Made by a program: the position numbers and the translations under genes. Below, piece after piece: positions 1 through 9,532 of a stretch of 64,000 bases of DNA. The notes under the pieces were generated by a model. It was not told where the DNA came from. It ran no database searches and saw nothing but the letters and a program-made list of their open reading frames with translations. Source of the stretch: Pirellulales bacterium (GTDB lineage: Bacteria; Planctomycetota; Planctomycetia; Pirellulales; JAEUIK01); the NCBI GenBank assembly GCA_019636335.1, contig JAHBXR010000007.1, forward strand, positions 109,978-173,977, read 5' to 3'. Each line of letters starts with the position of its first letter. Position 1 is the first letter of the stretch.

Positions 1-2163
1 GAACAGATTCCAATGCGGGTCGAACGCGAGTCCGACCGGTCCGCGCAGCCCACCTGCGACGTAGCGCAGGTCGGTGCCGTCGGGCTTGAGACGCCAAACG
101 GCCCCTGCCCCGTTGTAGGGCACCTTCGTCCCGCCGGGCCGAGGATACAAGGTCCAATGTCCCCAGGCGTCGGGACGTTTCCAATCGCCGTAGCCGAGCA
201 AGGGATCGCCGTGATCGAGATAGAGATCTCCCTGCGGTCCAAAGGCCAGACAGTGAAAGCTGACGTGCAAGTCGAGAGGCAAACCCCATAGCAAGCGGCG
301 CGGTTGCAACCCCTCGCGGCGGACGCGTCCCTCGGGCAAAACGTAAAGTGCGGCGGACGTCATGACGTAGAGATCGTCGCCGCGCAGCTCGAGACCGATG
401 ATGATCGAATCGTGCGGAAAGCGATACAGCTCTTGCCGCGGCAAGAATCCCCCCTGCCCGTTCGGCTCGAAGACGAACACGCCTTCACGTCCGCCGACGA
501 ACAAGCGGCCGGCGCTATCGCAGCGCAGTGCCATGTAGACCTGGTCGGGGGAGCGATCGATGAGCGTCGATTTCAGTTTCGGATTGCTAGGGGTGACATG
601 CGATCCGATGGTGGGCATCAAGTGGCTCGTCGGTGTGGCGACGATCATCGCCCGTTGGGCATGGTTGGCCGGCGATGCAAGGTCGAGCATTCGCTCGGCA
701 TCCTTCGTGTCGCGTTTCCAAAGGGCCACGGTCTCGTCGTCGAGGGGAGGCGCCTCGGCAGTCGTGCGGGGTGCAACCAGCCCGCGCGAGATACGCGCCC
801 AGTCGATTGTGCCCTCGCAGCCAAACTTTCCCTCGAGCAGCCTGCCCAGGGCGAGACCCTGCGGCGCGGAAGATTCGGCCTTGCGCGCTGCCCCCCCTTC
901 TGCCACGACGCGGCCGTCGACCAGCAGTTTCGTATGCCCCGCTTCGAGCACCAGCACGAGGTTGTGCGGCTGGCCATCGCATACATCGACTTCGCTATGC
1001 AGGTGGTCGGGAGTCGCACCGGGCATGTACGCGGTGAGGTGGCCGCTGCCGGGCAGCGTGAAGAGTTCCCAGTGCGCCGCCGAAGACTTCGTGTCGCAGG
1101 CCAGCAGAATGTTGAAGCCCTGTTTCGAGCGCAGCGTCGCGCGGCACTCGATCGTCAGGGGAAGCTGGCGATACGACTCGCGCCCTTCGGCGAGAAAGCC
1201 TTCGGCGGTCTCGAATGCGTCGAGTTGGCTCCGATACGTGCGATAGACCGGTCGTGGACCGGCGGGCTGACCCTCGAGCTGCGGTACCAGCCAGTCGAGG
1301 CCAGCCAGGTTGTCCTGCAGACGACCTTCGGCGTCTTCCTCGGTGTGGTTGAGTATGCCGATAGGCCCACGGTAACCGCTCGCGCGAATGATTTCGAGAA
1401 GTTGGAGATCGAGATCTCCCGTGGCCAACGGCATGATCTTCAAGCCCCGTTGATCGCCGTCGCGGGTCATGCCGTTAAGATTCACCGCCAGCAGATACGG
1501 CCGCATCAACTCGAGCAGGTCGGGCAAGCGGTCGAGGTGCGCATGTCCGTGGTGCAGATTGTAGACGATCCCGACGTTGGGCAAGCCCAACTCGCGGATG
1601 ATGGCGATCTGATTCTCGGGTTCGCCGAACCAGGCTCCGTGGTTGTAGAGCCCCACCTGGCAGCCGAGGGGGGCCGCGGCCTCGGCGATGGGGCGAATCC
1701 GTGCGGCCTCGGCGCGAACTCGTTCTTGCTGTTCGGCGAGCGTTTGGGTGGGGGCCCCGCCGCCGGTGATCCAGAGTTGTGGATGGATGTCGTGCCGGCG
1801 GCACACGTCGAGGATCAAGCGCGCCTCGTCGTTCAACTCGGTGGGAAACCACCACGCGTCGAGCGAGACGCCGTATCGCTTGAGCGCGGCGACTTCCTCA
1901 TCGAAGGTGGGAATGTGTTCGGCGCGGTAATCGTAGGCGAGATGCTTGAGGCCGAGCTTTTCGAGCATGGCCGCTCGTTCTTCCGGCCCACGCCGCTTGG
2001 CATCGAAGGGAACAATGCACCAGGCCCAAAGATTATCGCGGGCATAAAGCTGCGAGGCCGGCAGTGGCGCGTCGGACGAGAGGGGCGTTTCGGCCCTCAG
2101 CGAGGACGCGGCGGTACAGAAGATCGCCAGCACGAAGAGCGAGCGCAAACGGCGGAATGGCAT
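1..2163 (-). CDS. Secreted multidomain PVC-type protein, partial (runs off window start): xylose-isomerase-like TIM barrel + LamG-like domain + PVC/glucose-sorbosone dehydrogenase-type beta-propeller
   Basis: Absent from the ORF track because there is no stop in the window. Manual translation from ATG 2163 gives a signal peptide (MPFRRLRSLFVLAIFCTAASSLRA), TIM-barrel motifs (GLYNHGAWFGEPEN, IVYNLHHGH) and propeller motifs (LAFGPQGDLY, GAVWRLKPDGT, VAGGLRGPVGLAFDPHWNLF). The + strand ORFs 13..291 and 304..2172 are its shadow. Confidence 0.8.
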   Translation of the reverse strand, partial: MPFRRLRSLFVLAIFCTAASSLRAETPLSSDAPLPASQLYARDNLWAWCIVPFDAKRRGPEERAAMLEKLGLKHLAYDYRAEHIPTFDEEVAALKRYGVSLDAWWFPTELNDEARLILDVCRRHDIHPQLWITGGGAPTQTLAEQQERVRAEAARIRPIAEAAAPLGCQVGLYNHGAWFGEPENQIAIIRELGLPNVGIVYNLHHGHAHLDRLPDLLELMRPYLLAVNLNGMTRDGDQRGLKIMPLATGDLDLQLLEIIRASGYRGPIGILNHTEEDAEGRLQDNLAGLDWLVPQLEGQPAGPRPVYRTYRSQLDAFETAEGFLAEGRESYRQLPLTIECRATLRSKQGFNILLACDTKSSAAHWELFTLPGSGHLTAYMPGATPDHLHSEVDVCDGQPHNLVLVLEAGHTKLLVDGRVVAEGGAARKAESSAPQGLALGRLLEGKFGCEGTIDWARISRGLVAPRTTAEAPPLDDETVALWKRDTKDAERMLDLASPANHAQRAMIVATPTSHLMPTIGSHVTPSNPKLKSTLIDRSPDQVYMALRCDSAGRLFVGGREGVFVFEPNGQGGFLPRQELYRFPHDSIIIGLELRGDDLYVMTSAALYVLPEGRVRREGLQPRRLLWGLPLDLHVSFHCLAFGPQGDLYLDHGDPLLGYGDWKRPDAWGHWTLYPRPGGTKVPYNGAGAVWRLKPDGTDLRYVAGGLRGPVGLAFDPHWNLF

Positions 2164-2472
2164 GATCGTTGAGTTCAAAAAGGCGATGAGGCGTGATTTA
2201 CAGGATCTCGCCGGGGCTGGCGCGATCGTGGACCTATCGATACGGGCTTGGGGCGAGACAGCCGCTGCTCAGCACGCGTTGGGGATCCGACAAGGGCTCG
2301 GCCCGCAAGGGGGACCGCACGCAACGTGACCAGATTAGCAGATGGCGAGTCACGCCGCTGCAAAGGGGCCTGCCGAGGGAATTCTGCCAGGCGAAATGCT
2401 TGCCCGATTTTTCAATCCGATCCAGACTGGCACCTACGGAACATCTTCGCGCCAGAGGGGGGGGATAACGTC

Positions 2473-4737
2473 ATGCAAAATCATTGTTCTGGGAACGTGT
2501 TCGTTCCCACGTCTGCAACGCACCGCCGTTTGAGTGGTGGGCTTCTCATTCTCGCCACGCTGCTGGCAATTCCCTGTCGCGTACGCGCCCAAGAAGAGTC
2601 TGTCACGGACCAGACCTCGGCGGCCGTACAGAACGAATTGCACGAGTTCACGATCGACGGGACTCGCAAGTGGTTGGCCAGGCCGGTCAGCGTCCAGCGT
2701 GGAGTGGTTGAATTCCGTTTCCAAGGGGGTGGCGGAAACTATGCTCCGCTTAGCAAGCTGTCGCCGGAAGACGTGGCCTATTTGCGGCCGTTCTTGATGA
2801 GCGAGTTGCGCCAGAGCTATTCGCTCGCGGCCTGGCAGCACCTGGTCGATGCGGACGCGAAGAAATCTAAAGTGTGGCGTGCGATGGTCGAAGCCTTCCC
2901 GGCCAAAGACTACGACAAGTTGGAGGAACTGGCGACGACCTGCCGAGAAGATACCGCCACCAGCGTGGGACCGTGGCAAACACCGCTATTGTCTTATTTC
3001 TACAACCGGCTTGATTACTCGTCCGAGATCACGCTCGAAGACCTTGAGGCGTGGGCCGAGGCCCGGCCTCGGTCGAAAGCGGCGCAGCTCGCGCTAGCGA
3101 GTCGTTGCATGCGATTGGGCTGGGAGGCACGTGGTGGCAAGACGATCGATCAAGTGACGAAAGAGGGCTATGCCGAATTGCAGCGGCAGGCTCGCCGGGC
3201 CGCCAAAATCTTGGAAGATGCCAAGGACTTGCCCGAGGAAGACCCCTACTACTACGACCTGGCCGTGAGCACCAACCGCGCCTTGGGCAACGATGGTGAC
3301 GAGCTCGTGCGCATCGCGGGAGAACTCGCCGAGCATGCGCCGACGTATATGGCGGCACATGTCTCGTTGGCGTATTCGTTGCTCCCCCGCTGGGGCGGAC
3401 ATCCCGATGCCACCGAGACGTACTGCAAGCTGGCAGCCGACAACGTCGGCGGACGCGACGGTGACAAACTCTATGCTTCTCTCTGCATGAAGCTGCATGG
3501 CTGGATCAAGCGCGAGGTGTTCGAGTTCGATCTCGACCGAGTAGAGCGGGGAGCAAGGGCCATTCTGGCCGACGAACCAGACGATTTCTGGGCGGTCGGC
3601 GAGATCGCGCAGCAGGCGATGCAGATGCATCTCTTTCCGCTTTCACGCGACGCCTTCGATCAATTGGAAGCACGCGATCTGCCCTGGAATGACGCCTACT
3701 ACGGCGATTTCGTCTACTACGAGCGCGAACGCCGGCGGGCAAAATTGTCGGTCGACATGGATGCCGTCTACATGTTGATCTCGATCCATCCCGAAGGGGC
3801 CCGCGAGATTCGTTTCTTGCCGAACGGCCGCAGCATCATCAGCGTGGGGCCCGGGCCTGCGCCAAAAGATCAAGTCGGGCGCTGGAGCGTGTTGCAGGGA
3901 ATCGATCAAACGCACCGGGGACGATACCACGAGAACAGCTTCGAGGGGTTTGCCTTCGATCTGGCCGGCGGAAGCGAATTGAATGAGAACTCGACGTTCG
4001 TGGCCGGCCGCGACGGGCAAGGCAACGCGCGCTGGTACTGGAGTCTCGATGGGCGGTTCATGACGTCGCACGAAGAAGGCTCCCATCCCATTCAAGCGGC
4101 GCTGCTGCTGCCCCACGAAGACCGCGCCATCATTGCGGGAGGCCAGGCGGCATCTTGGGTGCGCTCGTTTACCTGGCCACAGGGCAACGATTGGAAGCTC
4201 GATCCCGGAGTGCGCGTGATCGACATGGCTTTGGACGAGGGAGCCGAGAGCTTCGTCGTCGTGGGCGCGCGCGGCAAGATCGCCGTCGTCGACATCGCCA
4301 CACGCAAGGTGACGCGGAGCGCCACGTTGCCGACCACGCACTCGCTGACCAAGGTGGCCTACGCGCCTGATGGCGAAACGCTGCTCGTCGCCACGAAGAA
4401 TAAGGTCTATCTGCTCGACATTGCGACCTTGGAAACCAAGGCCCAGATCGAAACGCCCGGCAACCTGAGTGGATTGGCGGTGTCGCCGAAAGGGACTTGC
4501 TTCGCCACGGCTCATGGCAAGGAGAACCTGGCCGTGCTGTGGGATTGGGAGACGCGCAAGGAGATTCGTAAGCTGGTCGGGCATAGCGAGGAGGTGACCA
4601 GCGTCGACTTCCATCCCAGCGGACGACTGCTGGGCACCGGATCACTCGACGGCAGCATCCGTCTGTGGGACGTCGAGCTCATCACGACGGGCGAGAGCAG
4701 CCTGCCCCCCCTGGGTGAATACGACGGATCCTATTGA
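2473..4737 (+). CDS. Secreted protein: SHD1-like domain + DUF4034-like domain + C-terminal WD40 repeats
   Basis: Within ORF 2248..4737; ATG 2473 follows a G-rich RBS. Hydrophobic signal (LLILATLLAIPCRVRAQ), SHD1-like PLSKLSPEDVAYL, DUF4034-like LEAWAEARPRS...LGWEARGG, WD40 GHSEEVTSVDFHPSGRLLGTGSLDGSIRLWD. Confidence 0.75.
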   Translation: MQNHCSGNVFVPTSATHRRLSGGLLILATLLAIPCRVRAQEESVTDQTSAAVQNELHEFTIDGTRKWLARPVSVQRGVVEFRFQGGGGNYAPLSKLSPEDVAYLRPFLMSELRQSYSLAAWQHLVDADAKKSKVWRAMVEAFPAKDYDKLEELATTCREDTATSVGPWQTPLLSYFYNRLDYSSEITLEDLEAWAEARPRSKAAQLALASRCMRLGWEARGGKTIDQVTKEGYAELQRQARRAAKILEDAKDLPEEDPYYYDLAVSTNRALGNDGDELVRIAGELAEHAPTYMAAHVSLAYSLLPRWGGHPDATETYCKLAADNVGGRDGDKLYASLCMKLHGWIKREVFEFDLDRVERGARAILADEPDDFWAVGEIAQQAMQMHLFPLSRDAFDQLEARDLPWNDAYYGDFVYYERERRRAKLSVDMDAVYMLISIHPEGAREIRFLPNGRSIISVGPGPAPKDQVGRWSVLQGIDQTHRGRYHENSFEGFAFDLAGGSELNENSTFVAGRDGQGNARWYWSLDGRFMTSHEEGSHPIQAALLLPHEDRAIIAGGQAASWVRSFTWPQGNDWKLDPGVRVIDMALDEGAESFVVVGARGKIAVVDIATRKVTRSATLPTTHSLTKVAYAPDGETLLVATKNKVYLLDIATLETKAQIETPGNLSGLAVSPKGTCFATAHGKENLAVLWDWETRKEIRKLVGHSEEVTSVDFHPSGRLLGTGSLDGSIRLWDVELITTGESSLPPLGEYDGSY

Positions 4738-5055
4738 GCATCGTCCAAGGGCATCCTGCCCTTGGTTGCTCACGGGGAATTCGCGTCGACTCTCGTGGCC
4801 AAGTCCGCGGGCTCGACTTCGGCGACCGCCAGCAACGCTAGCAACTTCGAGCTTAGCGCCGGCGATTCTGCCTGGTTCGCCTGCCCCGGCGATTCTCTGT
4901 TTCAGGCAAATTTGCTCTGCGACTGCGCACGCGGAACTACCGATACAACCGATACGACCCGCAAACTTGTGGGTGTCGAGTGGGAGCGTGCGCGGGGCAC
5001 GCGGCAACGGCCGCGAGGGGTGCGCGTCACGCGACGTCGATCGGAGCCAAGGGGG

Positions 5056-6852
5056 ATGCGTCCGATGATTGGGCGTTCGAAGCATTGGATGGTACCGGCG
5101 GTCTTGTGGAGCTGCAGTGCCTTGCTCGGCCTGCCGGCCGCGGCACAGGATCCTTACGCGCGCCTGGCTCGAGCGAGCCAGATGCGGCAGCAAGAGCAGC
5201 AGCGGACCGGTTGGTATCGCGCGACGGAATACGGGCCGCCGGCCTACGAGTCTGCAAACGACGCTCGTCGGACTTCGCCAAGCCCGGCGAAGCATGCCAC
5301 GGCGCATGCACCGCGGCGAACTTCCGGTGTCTCGATCGGCTCGGCCTCTCCTGCCGAGGGATCGCCCCGCCGCATGCCCGGGCGGCGCCCGCAAGCCATC
5401 GCTGCGCAGCCCTACAACGAGCAAGACGCTTACTACGAAGAAGATGCCTCCTACGAGCGAACCGAATTCGAGCGTGCGCGGCCCTCGCGCGTGTCGCGCA
5501 CGGCCTACGACAATCCCACGCCGGCCCCCATGACAGAATATGTCTATGAGGACGGTCCCCCCGGCCAGTGGGAAGGTGAATATGTGCCTGCGCCACGCGG
5601 CGGTCGGGGCGGATATGAGGCGTTCGATGATGCCTATAGCGCGATTGATGGTACGCACTATCGCTCGTCGTACAGCACGCGTTGCGACGGCGGCTGTTGC
5701 GAGAATGGCTGCGATAGTTGCGACGGATGCGGATCCTGCTTCGGGCCGTTCGCCTCGTTCTTGCACGGCCTCGGCGAGGCGGGCGCTTGGGTCCACGCCG
5801 ACTACCTGATGTGGTGGATGAAGGGGCAGGCGCTGCCCCCCTTGGTCACGACCAGCCCCGACGAGACCCCGCGTGCCGATGCTGGCGTGTTGGGGGAACC
5901 GGGGACGCAGATCGTCTTCGGCAATCAACGCTATCTGAACGAGATGCGCGCGGGAGGACGAATCGAGTTCGGCGCGTATCTCGACGATTGCCACACGATC
6001 GGCATTGGCGGCGGATTCTTCGGCCTCGGCGAAGACACCGCCACATATGCCAACGCGTCGGCGGGCGAGCCGATCATCGCGCGTCCCTTCTTCAGCACGT
6101 TGACGAACGCGCAGGACTCGGCCCTGACAGCCTATTCGAGCACCGAGAGTGGTGACATCGCGGCCGGTACGATTCTGGCCAGCACCTCGAACGATTTGAT
6201 CAACGCGAATGCGTTTCTCACGAAGATGATCTACCGCAATTGCGGGGTGCGCTGGGACGCCCTGGCCGGTTATCGCTTCACGCGATTTGACGAAGGCCTG
6301 GCGATCAGCGAATTCATCACCGTGACGGAGACGGGCTCGGTCGTTCCGCGCGGCACTACCTTCGATGCGCTCGACTCGTTCGACGTCGTCAACCGCTTCA
6401 ACGGTGGCGATCTGGGTCTGCAATTCGAACGTTGTTCCGGACGCTGGGCCTGGAGTGGCTTGCTCAAGGTCGGCCTTGGCTCCATGTACCAGGAAGCCAA
6501 CATCTGGGGGCGCACGATCGTGACGGCGCCGGGCAGCGCGCCCGATCCCCGCGAGGGCGACCTCCTGGCCATGACTTCGAACATCGGCTCGTACAGTCGC
6601 AACAAGTTCGCTTTTGTACCCGAGGCGCGTCTCAACCTGAGCTATCTGATCACGCCGAATTGGCGCGTGACGGTAGGCTACACGTTCATCTACTGGAGCG
6701 AGGTCCTGCGTGCCGGTCAGCTCATCGATTCGACGGTGAATCCGACGCTGATCTTCCCGCCGGTCCAGGGTCCGCAGCGGCCGACATTTGCCTGGCACGA
6801 CAGCGACCTTTGGGTGCAGGGCCTCAACTTCGGCACCGAGTTGCGTTACTAA
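5056..6852 (+). CDS. BBP7-family (DUF1551-like) outer-membrane beta-barrel protein
   Basis: Within ORF 4762..6852. Signal peptide ending AAAQD, low-complexity and Cys-rich linker, then typical motifs WVHADYLMWWMKGQALPPLVTT, FNGGDLGL, FVPEARLNLSY, VGYTFIYWSEV and C-terminal GLNFGTELRY. Confidence 0.8.
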   Translation: MRPMIGRSKHWMVPAVLWSCSALLGLPAAAQDPYARLARASQMRQQEQQRTGWYRATEYGPPAYESANDARRTSPSPAKHATAHAPRRTSGVSIGSASPAEGSPRRMPGRRPQAIAAQPYNEQDAYYEEDASYERTEFERARPSRVSRTAYDNPTPAPMTEYVYEDGPPGQWEGEYVPAPRGGRGGYEAFDDAYSAIDGTHYRSSYSTRCDGGCCENGCDSCDGCGSCFGPFASFLHGLGEAGAWVHADYLMWWMKGQALPPLVTTSPDETPRADAGVLGEPGTQIVFGNQRYLNEMRAGGRIEFGAYLDDCHTIGIGGGFFGLGEDTATYANASAGEPIIARPFFSTLTNAQDSALTAYSSTESGDIAAGTILASTSNDLINANAFLTKMIYRNCGVRWDALAGYRFTRFDEGLAISEFITVTETGSVVPRGTTFDALDSFDVVNRFNGGDLGLQFERCSGRWAWSGLLKVGLGSMYQEANIWGRTIVTAPGSAPDPREGDLLAMTSNIGSYSRNKFAFVPEARLNLSYLITPNWRVTVGYTFIYWSEVLRAGQLIDSTVNPTLIFPPVQGPQRPTFAWHDSDLWVQGLNFGTELRY

Positions 6853-6892
6853 GGCGCCGTATCGCTCAGCTCCATCAGACCTGAATCAGATG

Positions 6893-6922
6893 ATGGCCAC
6901 CGAGGAATTCCTGGGTGGCCAT
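6893..6922 (+). terminator. Stem-loop downstream of the BBP7 gene (possible terminator or RNA-stabilising hairpin)
   Basis: ATGGCCACC (6893-6901) pairs with GGTGGCCAT (6914-6922), with an inner AGG/CCT stem. No U-tract. Confidence 0.35.
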
Positions 6923-7377
6923 GCTGTTGGTACAGACGCTCTCTCCAGCGCTCGGAACGGCTCCGGCGCGCGGTTCGCTGCTGTCACTGCTAGCGGTGGC
7001 GGTTGTGTTCGCCAGACGTCAGGCACCGCCATCTGGTTGCGATAACAGTGCAAAACTGCAGCACCACTACAAACGGTGAAAGTTCGCTTTCGCCGGGGTC
7101 GATGAGACCAGTGAAGGTTGGGCAGATTTGGTAGCTGCTGCGCGCGATCTCCTGCCTACCGGATCGCGCCCTGCGCGCCCCTCCCACGGGGCGCTGCGCG
7201 GAATCCCCTTCCGCGACGCTGTAACTTCGCCCGCCTGCCCTGCTTGCTCTCGCCGTTAATCTTTCTCCATCATTTTCCTGGCGATTTCACACGTGTTGAC
7301 GGCAACGTCAGCCGCAGGAAAGCCAGCCGAGGAACAGCGCGACGTTGCTCGGCGAGACACGCTACAAGGATGAAGAT

Positions 7378-9468
7378 ATGAGCCTTTCGAGCAAGACGCG
7401 CGGCTGGCGATCGATTTTGTTCGGCTCGGCGAAATCCGCGCGTCGCCGCTCGGCGCCGCACCGGCTGCAGATTGGCCGGCGGTTGCGTTTCGAAAAGTTC
7501 GAAGCGCGCGAGCTACTGACGGCGATCCCGATTGCCGTCAACGTGCCGGACGACATCCAGGTGAAGGACATTTACCTGCAAGTCTCCGCCGTGCTCACCG
7601 AGGCCTATCAGCCCAAGTCTGGGCCCGTGCTGCCAGCGAATTCGGTGGTCTATTACGATCACGCGCTGGAAGACTATGCGCTCGCCAAGCCGGGGGGCGA
7701 CTTCGTGTTTCAGTTGACGAGCAACGGCGAAGAGATCCAACTCCCCAACGCGTACGCGACCGGTGGACACATCGTCATCGGCATCGGCAGTCCGCCGAAC
7801 GTCCAGTACACGCCGAAGGGTATCTCGACCCCCACGGCCGCGACGAATCCGTACAACATCTTTGGCTTGTTCGAGTACGCGATCGACGGTCATGGCCTCG
7901 ACATCGACTTGTCCGAGGTGGACCAGGTGGGGTTCCCCTTCACGATCACGACGACGCCGAGCGCGCCGGTGCCCGCCAACGATGGCGTGGGCATTACCAT
8001 CCCGCGCATGAGCATGTTCGACATGTACGCCGACTTCATCACCAGCCAGGGGGCCACGGCGGCGCTCTTCCAGCAAGCGTCGACCGATGGCTATCCCTAC
8101 CGCATCGTGGCGCCGCAGAACCTGATCGCGGGGGGAGCGTCCGTTCCGCTGTTGCACCCGGTCAACTACCTGACGGGGGGCAGCCTGACGATCGACCAGC
8201 CCTACTATTACTGGATCACGGCCACCGACAACGGGGGCGCGGGGGAGACGATCGTCAGCAACGTGCAACAGGCGGTCCCCTACAACCTGTCGTACCGTTC
8301 GATCAATTATCCGCAGCAGACCGTGGTCCTTGGCTGGGCCCCCTACGAAGGCGCCACGGGATACAACATCTACCGGAGCGTTGCCAACGATCCGCGCACG
8401 GCGCATCGCATTGGCAGTGCGACCGCCACGCAGTTTAAAGACACCGGTCTGCCCTTGGGCAAGGAGGTGCCCCCCACGAACAACTACTCATACGATGGTC
8501 TGAACTCATACTTCAATACTGCCCTGGTTGAGTTTTTCGACCACTACACGGCGAAGGACTCGTTCAAGCTGGAACGAGATGGTCACCTCTTCCAAGGCGA
8601 AACCTCGACCTGGGTCGATCCGACGACGAAGCTGGCCTACACGGTGTTGAATATTTCTCCCACCACCGGTCCGTTCAAGGATCAAGAGTTCCTGATCTTC
8701 CGCCCCTTCTTCTCGACGAACACGAACATCCACGGGATGGTGGCTCCGCCGGCGTGGATGCCGCATCCCGATCAGTCGCCGGGCGCCATGGTGCTGGCGG
8801 CCGATGGCGTCTTCAACACAGGCGGCGCCCAGCCGGTGGTCGATTCGAAGACGTTGTCCGATCTGGAGAACTCGATCGCCTCGGCCTTCAATCGAGGCAT
8901 CGCGAACAATTTCAACATCGCGCCGAGCAACTGGGCCGCCGAACCTGCCTTGAATTCGGCGACCGCTATCGAAACCCCGCCCGCCACGAACAAACTCGCG
9001 CCGAATACGACCTACTACTACATGATGACCGCGGAAAATGGTTACGGCGAAACGACGACGAGTCTCGTCCGCCAGGCGACCACCACCTCGACCGAAAAGA
9101 CGGTCCTGCTCGAGTTCAGCCCGCAGTCGAGCCCCACGTCGTACAACATCTATCGCAGCCTCAGCCCGACGTCGGGCTTTACGCTCATCCATTCGGTGAC
9201 CAACCCGGCGAACAACATTCACAGCTTCGTCGATACCGGCTTCGCCGACGGCACCGTCACGCCGCCGATTTACTATGCTCCGAACTCGACGTCGAACTGG
9301 TACGCGGCTTTCTGGCACCAGAACAGCACGATCGACCCGACGAACGGCGTCAGCATCAACGGGCTGGCCTATGGGTTCGCTTACGACGACCAGGGGGGCT
9401 CGTCGACCAACTTCCAGGGCTTCTTCACGCAAGTCGATATCAACATCGGCCAGTGGGCGGCGAACTAG
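7378..9468 (+). CDS. Planctomycete extracellular (LEPR-XLL-type) protein with a GH64-like beta-1,3-glucanase domain and two Fn3-like inserts
   Basis: N-terminal RRLRFEKFEARELLT export motif. GH64-like motifs FEYAIDGHGLDIDLSEVD (E and D 16 residues apart), IASAFNRG and NGLAYGFAYDD. Two YYYxxTA..GET / YNIYRS / FxDTG modules. Confidence 0.7.
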   Translation: MSLSSKTRGWRSILFGSAKSARRRSAPHRLQIGRRLRFEKFEARELLTAIPIAVNVPDDIQVKDIYLQVSAVLTEAYQPKSGPVLPANSVVYYDHALEDYALAKPGGDFVFQLTSNGEEIQLPNAYATGGHIVIGIGSPPNVQYTPKGISTPTAATNPYNIFGLFEYAIDGHGLDIDLSEVDQVGFPFTITTTPSAPVPANDGVGITIPRMSMFDMYADFITSQGATAALFQQASTDGYPYRIVAPQNLIAGGASVPLLHPVNYLTGGSLTIDQPYYYWITATDNGGAGETIVSNVQQAVPYNLSYRSINYPQQTVVLGWAPYEGATGYNIYRSVANDPRTAHRIGSATATQFKDTGLPLGKEVPPTNNYSYDGLNSYFNTALVEFFDHYTAKDSFKLERDGHLFQGETSTWVDPTTKLAYTVLNISPTTGPFKDQEFLIFRPFFSTNTNIHGMVAPPAWMPHPDQSPGAMVLAADGVFNTGGAQPVVDSKTLSDLENSIASAFNRGIANNFNIAPSNWAAEPALNSATAIETPPATNKLAPNTTYYYMMTAENGYGETTTSLVRQATTTSTEKTVLLEFSPQSSPTSYNIYRSLSPTSGFTLIHSVTNPANNIHSFVDTGFADGTVTPPIYYAPNSTSNWYAAFWHQNSTIDPTNGVSINGLAYGFAYDDQGGSSTNFQGFFTQVDINIGQWAAN

Positions 9469-9532
9469 CCCGCGCGTCGCATCCTTGGAAAACGACGCGC
9501 GAAGCCGCGTCCGCCGTAGAGGCCGCCAGCGA

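Noticed and set aside
304-2172. 622-aa + strand ORF (and 13..291)
   Set aside because: Antisense shadow of the real minus-strand gene starting at 2163, which has a signal peptide and clear domain motifs.
4642-6798. Long antisense ORFs throughout the window (e.g. 4642..6798-, 9275..11698+, 17588..19000-, 27130..28521+, 37267..38946-, 44615..46168+, 46165..47607-, 61498..63294+)
   Set aside because: They mirror recognisable genes on the other strand and have no motifs. This is expected in high-GC DNA.
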